Positions 61,815 through 64,000 of a DNA stretch of 64,000 bases are shown here, piece by piece. The stretch lies in NCBI GenBank assembly GCA_047967505.1, contig CM106538.1, one strand, 5' to 3'. A model generated the notes under the pieces. That model worked only from the letters and a program-made list of their open reading frames with translations. It was not told the origin of the DNA and did not search any database. Both the position numbers and the translations under genes were made by a program. Each line of letters opens with the position of its first letter. Within the stretch, counting starts at the first letter, position 1. This DNA is from Dipteris shenzhenensis (Eukaryota).

Positions 61815-64000
61815 ATGTCGACTAGCAACCTCAATCTGGAGGCATCTGCTAAGTTAGACAACTCCAATTATGGTACATGGAAATACCGAATGGAGACCAT
61901 TCTTGTGCTTCAGGACAAATGGGAGTATGTCGATGGATCTATACCCAAACCATTGGACGATCCAGCCACCAGTAGCTCTACTCCATCTGTTGTCACAGCA
62001 CCAGCAACGGAATCTACATCGGGATCTACATCTACACAAACAGTTTCCACACCAGTAGCAGATCCTGCCATTGCCTGAGCTCAAGCAGAATGGGATAAGA
62101 AAGACAAGTATGCCTATCACCTGATCAAGCAAAACGTGCAAGATATCATGCTAGGACAGCTCAACATAGTTAAGACGTCAAAAGAAGCATGGGATATGTT
62201 CACAGCTCTCTACGAGTCCAAGAACACATCCAGGATTCTCACCCTGAGAAACCAGATCAACCAGAGTTTCTGCAATAGCAATGAAACCGGTCATGCTTAT
62301 GTACTCCGCATCAAAGACTACAACAATCAACTTGCAGCAGCAGGAGAGACTATGAATCCCACAAAAATGGTTCAAGTAATCCTGAATGGACTAGGAGAAG
62401 GATATGAGAATCTAGTCCAGAGTATTGCCATCCAATGGCAAATTCCAACACTGGAAGAACTTCAGTCAGTTCTACTTGGTGAAGAACTCAGGACTCAGGC
62501 CATTCAAGCACATAAAGGTCATTCTAATGATCAGGCATTCACAGCTTCAGACAGAAGCAGAGGCAAAGGCAGAAACAGAGGTAGATCATATCAGAAAAGT
62601 GGTAATCATCAACAAAGTCAAAATCAGCATCATCATCAACATCATCCTCATCAGCAACATCAGAATCAGCAAAGAGGAAATCATTCCAACCGAGGAAGAT
62701 TCCAAGGACGAGGGAATGCATCCACCAATGTGTCAAACATTCAATGCAACTACTGTCACAAGTTTGGACACTATGAAAGAGATTGCTGCAAGAAGCAGTA
62801 CGACCAAGGCGGTCAATCCAGCAATAATCGAGGGAATTCCCGAGGAAGAGGAAATCATCGTGGTGGACATTCTAGTCACAGTCATTTTGCAAATGAACAT
62901 GGAAATATGTTTCTTGCAAGTGAGGAATTGCATGAGACTGATACAATGCACCTAGACACTGATTTCAATCCCAAAGAGGATTTCAGCTATCAAGTCGACC
63001 AAGTGGAACAGGATCCTTGGTACATCAACAGCGCTGCATCATCTCATATGACAAATCACTAGGAATGGTTCATAGAAATGAATCCATTAGAAGGTCAAAA
63101 GAATGTCATCTACACAGCAGACAATACACCGAATCCGGTTCAAGGGACAGGTGTTATCCCTATGAACAATTTCACTGGTACAAAAGGATTAGTCAAAGAT
63201 GTGCTCTATGTTCCAAAGCTCAGCAAGAACCTTTTGTCAGTAGGTCAAATGAAGGAACACAACTACAAAGTCATCTTCGACGGTGATGAATGCACTATCA
63301 GAGACAAATCCAAAAGAGGTCAGCTAGTAGCAAAAGGTGTCAAGGAAGGACGCTTATACAGGATGCTAGCTACAGTACCAGATAAGCATGCCATGTCAGC
63401 TCAAATGCAACAGATGCCACTATCTGCAAAATGGCACAAGAGATATGGTCATGTCAACTTCAAGTACTTGTTAGATCTCAGGAATCAGAATATGGCAATT
63501 GGGATTCCGAAGCTACAGTTTCTTGGAAAAGTTTGTGAAGCATGCTGCTTCGGCAAACAAAAGCGAACCAACTTTGTCAGAAGTACCTCTCATGCACGAG
63601 GTATTCTTGATTTGATTCATATAGATGTATGGGGTTATGCCCAGACCTGCAGCATCAATGGTTCACTTTATTACTTGACCTTCATCGACGACTACAACAG
63701 ATATTGTTGGGTCTACTTTCTGAAAGAGAAATCTAAAGTGTTTGCCAGATTTCAAGAATTCAAAGCCATGGTAGAAAACCAGACAGGCAGAAAGATCAAG
63801 GTCATGAGATCAGACAGAGGAGGTGAATACATGTCTTCAGCATTCATGAACTTTTGCAAAAATCACGGCATTCGAAAGACAATTCACATGTGCAGAAACT
63901 CCTCAGCAAAATGCAAGAGCTGAAAGGAAGAATGGGACTTTAGCAGACAGTGCTAATGCTTAGTGAAAAGCATCTTTCGAATCAGTATTGGGCAGAAGCA
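61815..64000 (+). pseudogene. Copia gag-pol (partial), with in-frame stops
   Basis: KLDNSNYGTWKYRME, UBN2-like gag, CNYCHKFGHYERDC, protease WYINSAASSHMT, WHKRYGH..CEAC, integrase HIDVWG/FIDDY/RSDRGGEY; stops at 62076-62078 and 63060-63062, frameshift near 63890. Confidence 0.93.

Larger units (their letters stand above)
58905..64000 (+). mobile_element. Ty1/copia element inserted in the array, runs off window; 5' LTR 58905-59169, ~2.6-kb leader
   Basis: Array sequence breaks at TGTGAAG; LTR ends TGTCA directly followed by PBS; gag-protease-integrase order. Confidence 0.92.

Overview
Repeat-dense eukaryotic (land-plant-like; spliceosomal introns, tRNA-iMet PBS, pervasive C>T/G>A decay) window with no recognisable intact host gene. 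It holds two structurally complete but coding-decayed CACTA/EnSpm elements (681-8064 with atypical CACAA ends and TCT TSD; 14705-22871 with TAC TSD), each with a transposase and a TnpA-like gene arranged head-to-head; four Ty1/copia elements or remnants, a solo LTR, and two copies of a 247-bp TIR element with 8-bp TSDs. Removing these insertions leaves a backbone (about 23-59 kb) of decayed, intron-containing chromatin-type genes: two diverged divergent pairs of Ulp1-like protease (-) plus an unnamed BAH-like protein (+), an HTH-like gene with intronic hairpins, and one spliced gene (48538-54212, -) that appears to fuse ParB/Srx-like, degenerate N4/N6 DNA methyltransferase-like, NIF/FCP1 phosphatase-like and SET domains. 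Its introns and a 4.3-kb upstream array of ~155-bp units carry dozens of copies of a palindrome related to GAGAATGGCACTAGTGCCATTCTC. This protein/palindrome pairing is the best candidate for an undescribed system. All domain calls are by-eye motif recognition, not database results.
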